DNA from: Bugula neritina | Lineage: Eukaryota > Animalia > Bryozoa | Reading direction: 5' to 3' | Assembly (NCBI GenBank): GCA_964035545.1 | Contig: OZ037770.1 | Span: 15,676,642 to 15,740,641 of the forward strand | DNA: 64,000 nucleotides | Shown: positions 48,701-60,488 of the stretch, piece after piece | Position numbering within the stretch: position 1 is the first letter of the stretch | Layout of the letters: the number at the start of each line of letters is the position of its first letter | Translations under genes and position numbers: made by a program | The notes under the pieces: model-generated | The model's database searches: none | What the model was told of the DNA's origin: nothing | Seen by the model: the letters and a program-made list of their open reading frames with translations, nothing else

Positions 48701-51700
48701 CTGACAGTCGAATCAGTGTTAGTCGTGACTACAATACAGAGTAGAGAGAGTACAATACAGAGTAGAGAGAGTATAATACAGAGTAGAGAGAGAGTATAAT
48801 ACTGAGTAGAGAGAGTATAATACAGAGTAGAGAGAGTATAATACAGAGTAGAGAGAGTATAATACAGAATAGAGAGAGAGTATAATACAGAGTAGAGAGA
48901 GTATAATACAGAATAGAGAGAGAGTATAATACAGAGTAGAGAGAGTATAATACAGAGTAGAGAGAGTATAATACAGAGTAGAGAGAGTATAATACAGAGT
49001 AGAGAGAGTATAATACAGAGTAGAGAGAGTATAATACAGAGTAGAGAGAGTATAATACAGAGTAGAGAGAGTATAATACAGAGTAGAGAGAGTATAATAC
49101 AGAGTAGAGAGAGTATAATACAGAGTAGAGAGAGTATAATACAGAGTAGAGAGAGTATAATACAGAGTAGAGAGAGTATAATACAGAGTAGAGAGAGTAT
49201 AATACAGAGTAGAGAGAGTATAATACAGAGTAGAGAGAGTATAATACAGAGTAGAGAGAGTATAATACAGAGTAGAGAGAGTATAATACAGAGTAGAGAG
49301 AGTATAATACAGAGTAGAGAGAGTATAATACAGAGTAGAGAGAGTATAATACAGAGTAGAGAGAGTATAATACAGAGTAGAGAGAGTATAATACAGAGTA
49401 GAGAGAGTATAATACAGAGTAGAGAGAGTATAATACAGAGTAGAGAGAGTATAATACAGAGTAGAGAGAGTATAATACAGAGTAGAGAGAGTATAATACA
49501 GAGTAGAGAGAGTATAATACAGAGTAGAGAGAGTATAATACAGAGTAGAGAGAGTATAATACAGAGTAGAGAGAGTATAATACAGAGTAGAGAGAGTATA
49601 ATACAGAGTAGAGAGAGTATAATACAGAGTAGAGAGAGTATAATACAGAGTAGAGAGAGTATAATACAGAGTAGAGAGAGTATAATACAGAGTAGAGAGA
49701 GTATAATACTGAGTAGAGAGAGTATAATACAGAGTAGAGAGAGTATAATACAGAGTAGAGAGAGTATAATACAGAGTAGAGAGAGTATTTGCTCACCTGG
49801 CCCTAGTACAGAAGAACCTATGAAAGTGGCTGTAGTAGCAGGTGTGGTGGTGGTAGTTGAAGTACTGCACTCAGTAGTAGCTGCAGGGAGTACTGGAGAA
49901 ACAGTAACAGCAGCAGCAGTACTAGTAGTACTAGCAGTACTAGTACTACTGGCAGTATTAGTAGAATGAGTACTAGTGGTAGTACTTGGTGCGTTTTGAC
50001 TCTGACTCAAGTTAAATTGGACACCCTACAAATATACAAAATAGTCTCTAGCTGATGAATTAGAAACTAGTGAAGCAAAGTAGTACATAAAGATGACACA
50101 AGCGGCAGAAAGCAGCTGGGGGGTGCAGCTAAGAGATGAGGGGGAAGAGGTGGGCCACGGGCTACACTAACTAAGAGACATCTCTCACCTTCAACCACTT
50201 TGATTGGTAAAGTTGTTTGGGCCAGACGCGCTGAATGGTTTTAAGTCTCATGCTCTGAATAGCAGTTAGACCAGAGGGGTTGGTGGCATTGGATCCGGGA
50301 CGGTAGAACCAATCCAACGACTCAGAAAAGGCAGCATTACCACAAGGGGTTGTCTTTTCAACACCCCTTTGTTCTAACGACGTCCACCACCATCTTTGCT
50401 GCTCCCATGATATGCTGCCTTTGAAAACACAACGAAAATGCTTCACAGCATCTTCATTGTCTTTGCGAAGTTTCATCAACTCTCTTTCGGTGTTGTCAGT
50501 GCAATCGGAAGGATGACTGGTGGTGAGATAACGAGAGGGACCATATTGAACAATGGCCGATAGCTGTGCCACTAACACAGACAACTGAGCATAATCAAAA
50601 CTATGAGCAGGAGAGCTGCACAAGCTCCATGTTCTGTATGGAAAGGAGTCAGAACTGTCAGTAGTCTCAGACTTTTGGGGAGGAAAATTGAATAAATGCA
50701 GCATCTGACAGTTTCTTTGATTACAGCTTTCCTTAGTCTGAGAGCAGCTCCGTGTAGTCTGAGTACTAATATTCACAGCTACATTGACAATGGTCTGAGT
50801 TTCCTTACTATCTGTCCCCACACTACATTGCTCTACTATGTCCTGAACTTCTGCCGTCAGAAGACACTTTGGGTTGGTTGTTCCAGGTTTTAGAGTTGTT
50901 GTTTTGCGACAGAAAGGGCAGTTTCGCCGTATGACCTTGATCCCTGAGATGATGGCTTCCTTATAAGGCAGTCGCTTGATACAGTCGGCACACACCCTGT
51001 GCAGGCAGCTCAGCACATGCAGTTGACGAAATTGATCACAGATCTTACAAGTCACAGCTTCCCTTATTTGTTCAATAGGTGTTAGCCTGGCTTCCATTCT
51101 AGCATGAACACAGCTGAACAATGAGCATGTGTTGACACTAGTAAATTGTGTTTGTTACCAGGGTATTGTGATTGAAACAAACACGGTTAGCAACACTATT
51201 GATGACTGGGCATAGGAAAAAAATAACAATGTATCACGTGATTGGACTACTGCTGTGTGGGGATTCCCCTTTCTAATATTACTGAAGCCGATAAGAGCAT
51301 TGCAGTGCCAACAAGTCCCTGGATTTACGTAAGGTTTGAATACCTCTGTCTAAACTCTAAAGTAATGCCACTCATTATTGGCATAGTACTATGTTATTTT
51401 TCCTAGTGGGAATTACACATGGCTATCAAGAGAAGATAAGACCTAACAGTTAGATACCAAAATATATTGCAACACTAAAACAAAAACAGTGACAAACACC
51501 TTAGATACAAAAATAAAAGTCAATAAAACTTATAACAGAGCCAAAAAGGAATGCAAATAAAAAGAATTATCATTTGAATAAAAAAGTACTATAAAATATA
51601 AATTAGTAAATATTAGCACAAAGTTAACTACGAGAGTGTTACATAACTGTTTTGATTATTCAGAGTGTAGATGCAGAGTAGAGAGAGTCCTTGACATCTC

Positions 51701-54700
51701 TTACACAGCAGGGAATGGCTGTCAAACCTGCTTTCCATTATCTCCTGGTGGATCTACACTTCCAGTAAAAGGAGGTAGGAACATACTAAAAGCCTCACTG
51801 CCATAATGTCCCCCGTTATGTGAACACCGACGAGTAGCTAATTTTATTTCTCGTTGATTTCCAGCCGCGTGCACTTGAGATTCAGTACCACCACTTTCTT
51901 GTTGCCCTCTCTCATTAAATAGCTGCTGCCCCCTCCCCTTTGATAACTGCTCTCTACTCTCTACTGATGACTGATGCCCGTCAGCTGACATTCCCCCTCC
52001 GTCAGCCTCTCCAGCTGCTGCATCCTCCCCATTAGTTACAAGTGAGAAAGCATGAGCTACCTGTTCACATGACTCCTGTCTCAACTGATCTACCTGAGAT
52101 TCATAAGTTGGCTCCTCCTCTGTAGCATCTCCACAAGTCGAAACCGCTCTCTCCGTCTCCTCCACCTTCCTTCTCAGTGAGCTGGCCGACCTGGCCAGCG
52201 AACTCTCCAGATTATCCTCATGTTCCGCCACAGCTTTGGTATTTTGAGCTTGGAAGGCCAAGTTCTGATTGAAGCAAACGCCATATCTGGTAGGAAGAGC
52301 GTCCCAGCTGTCGTAGCCGATCACAGTAGCTTCAAAGCGAGTGAGAGTACCGGAGTCACTGTAGGTCATCAACAGATTCACCGACCTGGGTTGGGGGGCG
52401 GAGCGGAGCTCCCTCTGCAGCTGAAGCCTCCTGAACTGCTGCAGGCAATCAAGGCAGCTGACTCGTAGATCTCGCTGTGCTGCCGACACCCTCAGCTCCG
52501 TCCAGCATCGTCCACAATACCAGTGACCACATTGGACTACTTGCATAAACGCCTCCACCTCACAAACTACGCAGTCATGCAACAAGTCCATTTTAAAGCC
52601 GAGCTTCTAATGACAAACTCCCGAATGCCCAAAACCCTTCTTCCAGTGAGCAAAAAAGGGGACTTCCCATTTGCAGAGGGGTAAAACACCGGCACAAATA
52701 TTTAACCTCTGAGCACATGTGATTAATCGATAATTCTGCATGAATGTGCAGATATCAATACCATTGATTACTCTAGTATTGTTTATTGTTTGTAGACAAT
52801 AGACCAGCACAGGTGAAGCAAACACAGAGAAAGATGAAAGCACACCGACTGTATGCTCTGGTGTTGTTAGACTATTACAGTGCAGCCAGTTGAATCAATA
52901 TAGAGTAACAAGGAGAAATAGCGAGACACAAGAGAGTAGACAACTCCTGAGTGAGATACAATTGAGTAGACAGCTCCTGAGTGAGATACAATTGAGTAGA
53001 CAACTCCTGAGTGAGATACAACTGAGTAGACAACTCCTGAGTGAGACACAATTGAGTAGACCACTCCTGAGTGAGATACAATTGAGTAGACAGCTCCTGA
53101 GTGAGATACAATTGAGTAGACAACTCCTGAGTGAGATACAATTGAGTAGACAACTCCTGAGTGAGATACAATTGAGTAGACAACTCCTGAGTGAGACACA
53201 ATTGAGTAGACAACTCCTGAGTGAGATACAATTGAGTAGACAACTCCTGAGTGAGATACAATTGAGTAGACAACTCCTGAGTGAGATACAATTGAGTAGA
53301 CAACTCCTGAGTGAGATACAATTGAGTAGACAACTCCTGAGTGAGATACAATTGAGTAGACAACTCCTGAGTGAGAGACAATTGAGTGGACAACTCCCAA
53401 GTATCTGACTGGTATGGATAGGAACAGTAGGGACTCAATAGTTAGCTACAAGCTCCTATTGTAATAATATTAGAACAGGAGTGTATATAGCATGGGGTAG
53501 AAGGGGTGTAGTAAGGAATGGATAGCGAGCGGAGGGGGGTTGAACCAAGAATATACCAAAAGTGGACTCACCAGTTTGCTGCTTTGAGTTGCCGAGTCAC
53601 TAGTTACTGTGTTTAGGGGTGGGTTGAATGCCCGTCCCTGCACAGAGGATGTGGTGGAGGATGGAACTGAAGCTATACTCTGGACCAGTGAATCTACAGT
53701 GAGAGTTGCCATAGTAACAGTAATGCGTGTCAACATAATATGTTAATATACAGTGTGAGGTGTATAGTATACAGTGTGTATAGTATACTGACTGTTGGTA
53801 GAAGTGGAACTGGAGGTAGAATTAGCCTGAGATCTCACAGCAGGTAAACTTATAGTGGGTTGGACTATCGGCATGACAACCTGCAATATACACCAACACT
53901 CAGTACTACACAGAGTATCACTCAGTACTATACAGTATCACTCAGTACTATACACAGTATCACTCAGTACTATACAGTATCACTCGGTACTATACAGAGT
54001 ATCACTCAGTACTATACAGAGTATCACTCGGTACTATACAGAGTATCACTCAGTACTATACAGTATCACTCAGTACTATACAGAGTATGACTCAGTACTA
54101 TACAGTACTAACTACTAGATAGTACTGACCTGGCCAGTAGTACTAGTACTAGTAGTATTAGTTAAAGTACTACTAGTAGAACTGGCAGGGGCCGAGGAGT
54201 CGTCTATTCCCAGGAGACATTTAACTCTCCTGGCGTCCATATCTTCATCATATGCTCTGTCTTCCAGTGTGGCTACGAACCCGGACTCTGGCTAATAATA
54301 CGGTATAGTAATACGGTATAGTGGAGTAGTTGTATATAGTAATACAGTATAGTATATAATAATACATTATAGTATACAATAATACAGTATAGTATATAAT
54401 ACAGTATAGTATATAATAATACAGTATAGTATATAATAATACAGTATAGTATATAATAATACAGTATAGTATATAATAATACAGTATAGTATACAATAAT
54501 ACAGTATAGTATATAATAATACAGTATAGTATATAATAATACAGTATAGTATATAATAATACAGTATAGTATATAATAATACAGTATAGTATATAATAAT
54601 ACAGTATAGTATACAATAATACAGTATAGTAGTTGTATATAGCAACACACCCCGTAGGCTATGCTATCCTCTAGACTGGATATCTTAGCCACTTTAGAGG

Positions 54701-57700
54701 CTGGTGGTTGGGGGGTGTGAATAGCCTCCGTATGGTTGATAAAGGAGCTAGTTGGAGGACACGGACTAGACCTAGGGCTATTTTTGAGTGAAGGGAGGGG
54801 TGTGACTGAAATCCTTGAACCGGCCTCACTTTCATTGTCGCTCTGATCAGGAGCTGAGGGAATCGGAGTTCCTCTTCTGGAGCTTTCTCTACAGTGTATA
54901 TAGTATATAGGTCACAGTGTATATAGTATATAGGTCAGTGTATATAGTATATAGGTCAGTATATATAGTATATAGGTCAGTGTATATAGTATATAGGTCA
55001 GTATATATAGTATATAGGTCAGTGTATATAGTATATAGGTCAGTGTATATAGTATATAGGTCAGTGTATATAATATATAGGTCAGTGTATATAGTATATA
55101 GGTCAGTGTATATACATACCGGCTAGAGTTGAGGTAGCTAAGAGCAGTTGAACGTTTGTAAAGAGGTTCCTCTGTATCATCATAGTATGCTCTCTTCTAC
55201 AAAGTATTATGTAACAGTGTTTACTGTAAGTTATTGCTTACTTACACTGCACACACTTACATTGAATACACTTACACTGAACACACTTACACTGAATACA
55301 CTTACACTAAACACACTTACACTGAATACACTTACACTGAACATACTTACACTGAATACACTTACACTGAATACACTTACACTGAACACACTTACACTGA
55401 ACACACTTACACTGAACACACTTACATTGAATACACTTACACTGAATACACTTACACTGAATACACTTACACTGAACACACTTACACTGAACACACTTAC
55501 ACTGCACACACTTACACTGCACACACTTACACTGAATACACTTACGCTGAACACACTTACGCTGAACATACTTACACTGAATACACTTACACTGAACACA
55601 CTTACACTGCACACACTTACACTGCACACACTTACACTGCACACACTTACACTGAACACACTTACACTGCACACACTTACACTGAACACACTTACACTGA
55701 ACACACTTACGCTGAACATACTTACACTGAACACACTTACACTGAACACACTTACCCTCCTACGAGTTGAACTGTAGCTACTGGCTATGGCAGTACGTAG
55801 GTGGCCATCTCTCCTGGGAGTCAGCACGGGGGGAAGAGGCAGCACAGAGGGAAGTTCTCTGTTACTACTCACTCCACTGTTACTCTGCCCCTCACTGTCA
55901 GCGCCCAGTCTACTCGGCTGAGCGAACGTCTGCCCGTCAGCGCCAGGGGAGTGCTGCCTCACTCGCTTGCTGTCAGCGGCAGCACTCTGAGACTCGTCTG
56001 AATGCTGATTGGAGAGAATATCAGAGTCTGTGAGTTTCCGTTTAGCACCTGCTTTCTGTCTCAGTACGTCTATGATCTGAGTTGGTGGGGGGACTTCTCT
56101 CCTCCCCTGTATTACGCTCCTGTGATAGTCAGCAGTGTAAGTATAGTAGAATACAGTACATCAGTATATAGTACATCAGTATACCAGTATACCAGTATAT
56201 AAGTATATGAGTACGTCAGTATATCAGTATATAGTACATCAGTATATCAGTATACCAGTATATGAGTACGTCAGTATATCTGTATATAGTATATCAGTAT
56301 ACAAACTGATTAAACAACTTACAGAGGAGACTTTGGAGTTATGCTATCATTTCCAGGAATCCTGACCGAGTCACGAGAAGGATATACTGGTTTCCTGTTC
56401 GTTCTGTACCCAACAGACGGTATGAGACCTGCAATGGGAAAGTGTTGTAATAACACCCCTGCCATACCCTCTGCACCCCTGTCATACCCTCTACACCCCT
56501 GTCATACCCTCTACACTCCTGTCATACTCTCTACACCCCTGTCATACTCTCTACACCCCTGTCATACCCTCTACACCCCTGTCATACCCTCTACACCCCT
56601 GTCATACTCTCTACACCCCTGTCATACTCTCTACACTCCTGTCATACTCTCTACACCCCTGTCATACCCTCTACACCCCTGTCATACCCTCTACACTCCT
56701 GTCATACCCTCTACACTCCTGTCATACCCTCTACACTCCTGTCATACCCTCCACCCCTGCCATACTCTCTACACCCCTGTCATACCCTCTACACCCCTGT
56801 CATACCCTCTACATCTATGTCTCACTCTCTACACCCCTGTCATACCCTCTACACCCCTGTCATACCCTCTACACCCCTGCCATACCCTCTACACTCCTGT
56901 CATACCCTCTACACCCCTGTCATACCCTCTACACCCCTGAGATACTCTCTCTACACCCCTGCCATACCCTCTACACCTAGCACTCTCTCTTCCCTACCTA
57001 GCACTCTCTCTCCACCCCTAGCACTCTCTCTACACTCCTAGCACCCCCTCTACACTTTTAGCATCTTTGCTCTACACTCCTAGCACCCCCTCTACACCCC
57101 CTCACTGAAACTGCAACTGATACTGTGACTTACCTAGCCTGGATCTAGACAGGTTCTGTAGTATAGGACGTCTGGACGGCTCCGGCGCCAGCCTGAAGGA
57201 AGGGGGGTGGTGAGGTAGAGGATCAAACTCCATCTGGGAAAGTTGGTGGTACCTGTTTGACATGCCAGTATTGTGTCCATTCATAGAGCTACCTTGTGAC
57301 ACCTGCCAACACAAACCATGCACGGTCACTAGCTAGTAACGTCATGTGTCTCAGTGTAGACTGTTGTACAGTAGTGGTACTTACCTGGGGACACACCTTT
57401 GTAGACTTCAGCTGGAAGGAGCTCCCAGCTGCGGGTGGTGTCATGTGAGAGAGGGTGGATCTGGCAGACACGGGAGAGGTGGTGAGTGAGACACTGTCAC
57501 TGTCTGTACTGGGTACAGGGTCATGGCTAGAGGCTGCAGTAGGCAGGGAGTTGTCCTTACTTGCACTTTGTGTGTTGCTAGTTGAAGAACTGGAAGAGTG
57601 TACAGTGTTATAGAGTGTATAGTTCTATATAGTATACAGTGCTACATAGTAGATAATAACAGACTGAGACATGCATAGTGATACTAAAGACACAGCCTAC

Positions 57701-57894
57701 ATGAACTTATGTAATTATAGACAAGAGATGTGACCTATAAATCACTAGTTGACAGCTACTTGACACCCCCTTATTATCACCTAAACACATGGCGAATACT
57801 AAGTAGTCATTTCAGCACCTACACAGTTGAAGGTTGCTTTCTGTGACATGGAAATAGTATGAATTTGTAGCCCTTACCTGGCAGTATTACCCAT
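45765..57894 (-). CDS. POM121-like FG-repeat nucleoporin
   Basis: Spliced translation: MGNTASSS..., RLGLIPSVGYRTNRKPVYPSRDSVRIP, bipartite NLS AKRK..SKRVR, RTAIASSYSSTRR, PESGFVATLED, S/T-rich FG region, C-terminal FSMGTSKSTARSRRSRK. From recollection these resemble vertebrate POM121 blocks (LGVLPTV, TVRIAPP, RNAITSSYSST, PQLGYSITAED). No RanBP2 zinc fingers, which argues against NUP153. Confidence 0.8.
47585..48001 (-). repeat. Coding 60-bp repeat (TFTFGATPTSSTAAPTS-type FG unit), ~7 copies
   Basis: Near-identical in-frame units in ORF 47373-48038. Confidence 0.93.
48250..48600. repeat. 21-bp intronic repeat (tagtacctagtaactaacatc)
   Basis: Fills the intron. Confidence 0.95.
48730..49786. 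repeat. 21-bp minisatellite (tataatacagagtagagagag), ~50 copies, making up almost the whole intron
   Basis: Intron is 49796-48729 on the - strand. Confidence 0.97.
50171..51097 (-). CDS. Intronless RING-HC (C3HC4) protein B nested in a POM121-like intron
   Basis: 308-aa non-repetitive ORF from agaATGG. C-x2-C-x10-C-x-H-x2-C-x2-C-x20-C-x2-C; TQT motifs. Confidence 0.75.
   Translation of the reverse strand: MEARLTPIEQIREAVTCKICDQFRQLHVLSCLHRVCADCIKRLPYKEAIISGIKVIRRNCPFCRKTTTLKPGTTNPKCLLTAEVQDIVEQCSVGTDSKETQTIVNVAVNISTQTTRSCSQTKESCNQRNCQMLHLFNFPPQKSETTDSSDSFPYRTWSLCSSPAHSFDYAQLSVLVAQLSAIVQYGPSRYLTTSHPSDCTDNTERELMKLRKDNEDAVKHFRCVFKGSISWEQQRWWWTSLEQRGVEKTTPCGNAAFSESLDWFYRPGSNATNPSGLTAIQSMRLKTIQRVWPKQLYQSKWLKVRDVS
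51234..51269. promoter_or_regulatory. Candidate promoter of RING ORF B: E-box, CCAAT and kB-like site
   Basis: tcacgtga, attgg (CCAAT on -) and ggggattcccc, 140-170 bp upstream of the ATG. Confidence 0.45.
51722..52591 (-). CDS. Intronless RING-HC (C3HC4) protein A nested in a POM121-like intron
   Basis: 289-aa ORF from aaaATGG. C-x2-C-x10-C-x-H-x2-C-x2-C-x16-C-x2-C, then an acidic, coiled-coil-like segment. Confidence 0.75.
   Translation of the reverse strand: MDLLHDCVVCEVEAFMQVVQCGHWYCGRCWTELRVSAAQRDLRVSCLDCLQQFRRLQLQRELRSAPQPRSVNLLMTYSDSGTLTRFEATVIGYDSWDALPTRYGVCFNQNLAFQAQNTKAVAEHEDNLESSLARSASSLRRKVEETERAVSTCGDATEEEPTYESQVDQLRQESCEQVAHAFSLVTNGEDAAAGEADGGGMSADGHQSSVESREQLSKGRGQQLFNERGQQESGGTESQVHAAGNQREIKLATRRCSHNGGHYGSEAFSMFLPPFTGSVDPPGDNGKQV
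52659..52668. promoter_or_regulatory. kB-like site upstream of RING ORF A
   Basis: gggacttccc fits GGGRNNYYCC, ~70 bp upstream of the ATG. Confidence 0.4.
52930..53398. repeat. 30-bp minisatellite (gagtagacaactcctgagtgagatacaatt), ~16 copies
   Basis: Visible; upstream of the nested RING pair. Confidence 0.96.
53897..54107. repeat. ~21-23-bp intronic repeat (agtatcactcagtactatac)
   Basis: Fills the intron. Confidence 0.9.
54300..54630. repeat. 20-bp intronic repeat (acagtatagtatataataat)
   Basis: Fills the intron. Confidence 0.92.
54892..55113. repeat. 21-bp intronic repeat (gtgtatatagtatataggtca)
   Basis: Fills the intron. Confidence 0.92.
55240..55755 (-). repeat. 15-bp repeat starting at a donor (gtaagtgtgttcagt), ~34 copies
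   Basis: Follows exon end ...SSTRR|gtaagt. Confidence 0.95.
56453..57100. repeat. 20-bp intronic repeat (ctacacccctgtcataccct)
   Basis: Fills the intron. Confidence 0.95.
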
Positions 57895-60488
57895 TTGACC
57901 AGATAGAAAGAAGTCCTACTCTCTGAAGGACACTCCTACACCTATTAATGATATAGTATAACTCAAATGAGAAAATAAGGTGTAATTCTATAGAGCTTAT
58001 ATTTAGTGATTAAAATTTATAGTTGATATTTGATAACCCTGGGGTGTTTTATTACACATTCCAGCGTGGAATAGGTCTAGGAAATTCTTAGCAATCTGAC
58101 ATTAAATAGCTATGAATCTGAAGCCTTTGAGTCAGTCATATTCACAATGATACCAACAAATTAGGCTCCAAGACTGGGTTGAAAACTTTATGCTTTAAAA
58201 AATAGATAAAATGATACAGCGTAAAAGAGTAGTGTGACAGATACACACGACTTGGTTATACAGAGTTTGAGAACAGTGACAGTGCAACTCTGTTATACTC
58301 GCACTGAAACTCAGCCTGGCTTATATTTAGCACAAGTATCACTGCTATGTAATAAAAAACTTCAACATGAGCAATAGCTTTAAGTTCAAACATGTGTAAA
58401 TGTAAATGCCTATGGGCTATGGCAATATTTGTAATAACTTTGACATAACCAAAGTGACAACAAGCAGCATATCTGTTAAAAAAAAGTATTTCGGACTAAG
58501 AACACATATTCATATTGCCACTTATGCTTTGGTCAGTTTGGTGGCAGTGCTTATGATCATAATGAAAATCAAAATGATTTGATCATTTAAATGTTTAACT
58601 TTAAGTTTAAGCATTAAATTTAATTAAACACACAATTTAATAGTAACTATTACATTTACTATAACTAACAAGTAACATTTACAGTTATACTTAGTCTGAC
58701 AGACTTAGTCTTAATCTTATGTAATTGAGAATCGCTCAAAATCATTCTGGTTTTCAATCTCATTCTGCATTCAAAATCAATTTGAATTTCTCGAAAGAAC
58801 TAGAAGTTGAACTAGAAGTTGATATAAATTTATATATTCAAGTTGGATATTAACCAAAATAAAATAGAACTAAAACTTATAATAAACAATAAGCACTACA
58901 TTTATTTCGATATTTATAGGAAATTTTCAATTTCACCAAGTAGTTTTAGTAACTACTAAGTGTAATGACTAATATAGCTATAGTAATTAATAATAACTAA
59001 TAACTAACATGCAAATTTCACGATTCCAGCATTTGTAAATTAATATGGCGGGTTTTAGGACCGCGCTTAATATTAAGTGATTCCCGTAAAATTTGCTATT
59101 ATAAAGAGTTGTCTTTTTAATATCTAGCCCGTAAATTACTGTCGCAGTTCTTCAATGAAATTAGGGTGTCAACTATAAGACACCCGCATACCGCTAAAGA
59201 CCGTGTAATTTGGGTGTAATTAAATAATGGCGCCAGTCTTAAACTTAAATGTTGATTACAGTTAAACTTGATCACCAAGGCAAATCTACTCCATATGGTT
59301 TCTTTAATAAGTTGTTGTTAAAAACTTATTCAACGATATTCACAATATTATCATTATGAAACTATAATAATAGTAATTATAATAGATATTTACTTGAAGT
59401 TGATACTGATAGCGTAGCTGTAGCGTCGAAAGTTCAAGTTGAAATCAGAAGGAGAATCAGAATGACTTAAAAATAAAAGTTAAATTTAATCAGTTAAACT
59501 GAATGAAAATACTCATACTCATAGTGAAAGTGATACTCCTAGTCATAGACATACTGATACTCAAAGTAAAACAGAGTGAGAGTCTAAGAGTAACTGTAAG
59601 TCACTCTCAGTCTTGTTGAGAGTGAGGGAGAGTAAGACTAACAGTGTCAGTAAGTGTAACTGTTAGTGTTATTGTTAAACTTAGAATTTCTATTAAAGGG
59701 ACTCTCGCTCTAATTACTGACTAACTCTTAGTAGAAAACAAATGTGAGGCTAGGCAGTATTGGTAAATTTATACTAAATTATATTTACTACTGCTAGGCT
59801 AATAATAATACTTGTGATTGTAGTAACAGTGATTGTCATTGTACTTTGTAGTGATAGTGATACTAATAGAGTAATATTAGTGCTACTATTAGTAGTAATG
59901 CTAATTGTAGTAGTGGTAGTAGCAGTAGTAGTAGTTGCTTTTCTAGCATGACTTGGTTAAAAATGATGATTTCTCTTTCAGTTTTGGTCACTTATCTTAT
60001 GCAACAAGTATTAACTGTTATTATAACTGTAACTATACCAATATGTAAATCACAAATGATTAATTTTTTTTATTTTTTGAAATTTGTCTACCAAATTCAA
60101 CTCGACTGATAGTAGCCTAATAGTCATATTACTAAACCAATCATTCTGAGATATGTCAATACCATACGATAAATTATTGATACTTGCTTCTAGGGATGTC
60201 ATAAGGTTATAAAATATCATGAGATATTTCAACTTATGGTAATTGTTTCAGTAATGATAAAAAGCAACAGGGCTTTTACTGCCTCCATCGTACATTTCAA
60301 TAGCCAATGTGGCTATGTGTGTCTCCTTTGTTCAACAATGTTGTAACATATATACTTGTTAGGCATTATTCTTGGCATGGCTGTAGTCTGACAAAATATC
60401 TTAAACTACTTGTAATGTTACCAGTATGTTATCTACTCCTGTGTATAGCAATGCTTAGACTTATCTTCTCTTTTAGTTTGTAGAAAGT

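Noticed and set aside
50026-53570. Complete transposon or provirus around the RING pair
   Set aside because: No LTR, TIR, TSD, transposase or RT found by eye; the origin is left open.
45765-57894. NUP153 or NUP214 assignment
   Set aside because: No RanBP2 zinc fingers or beta-propeller; the motif blocks fit POM121 better.
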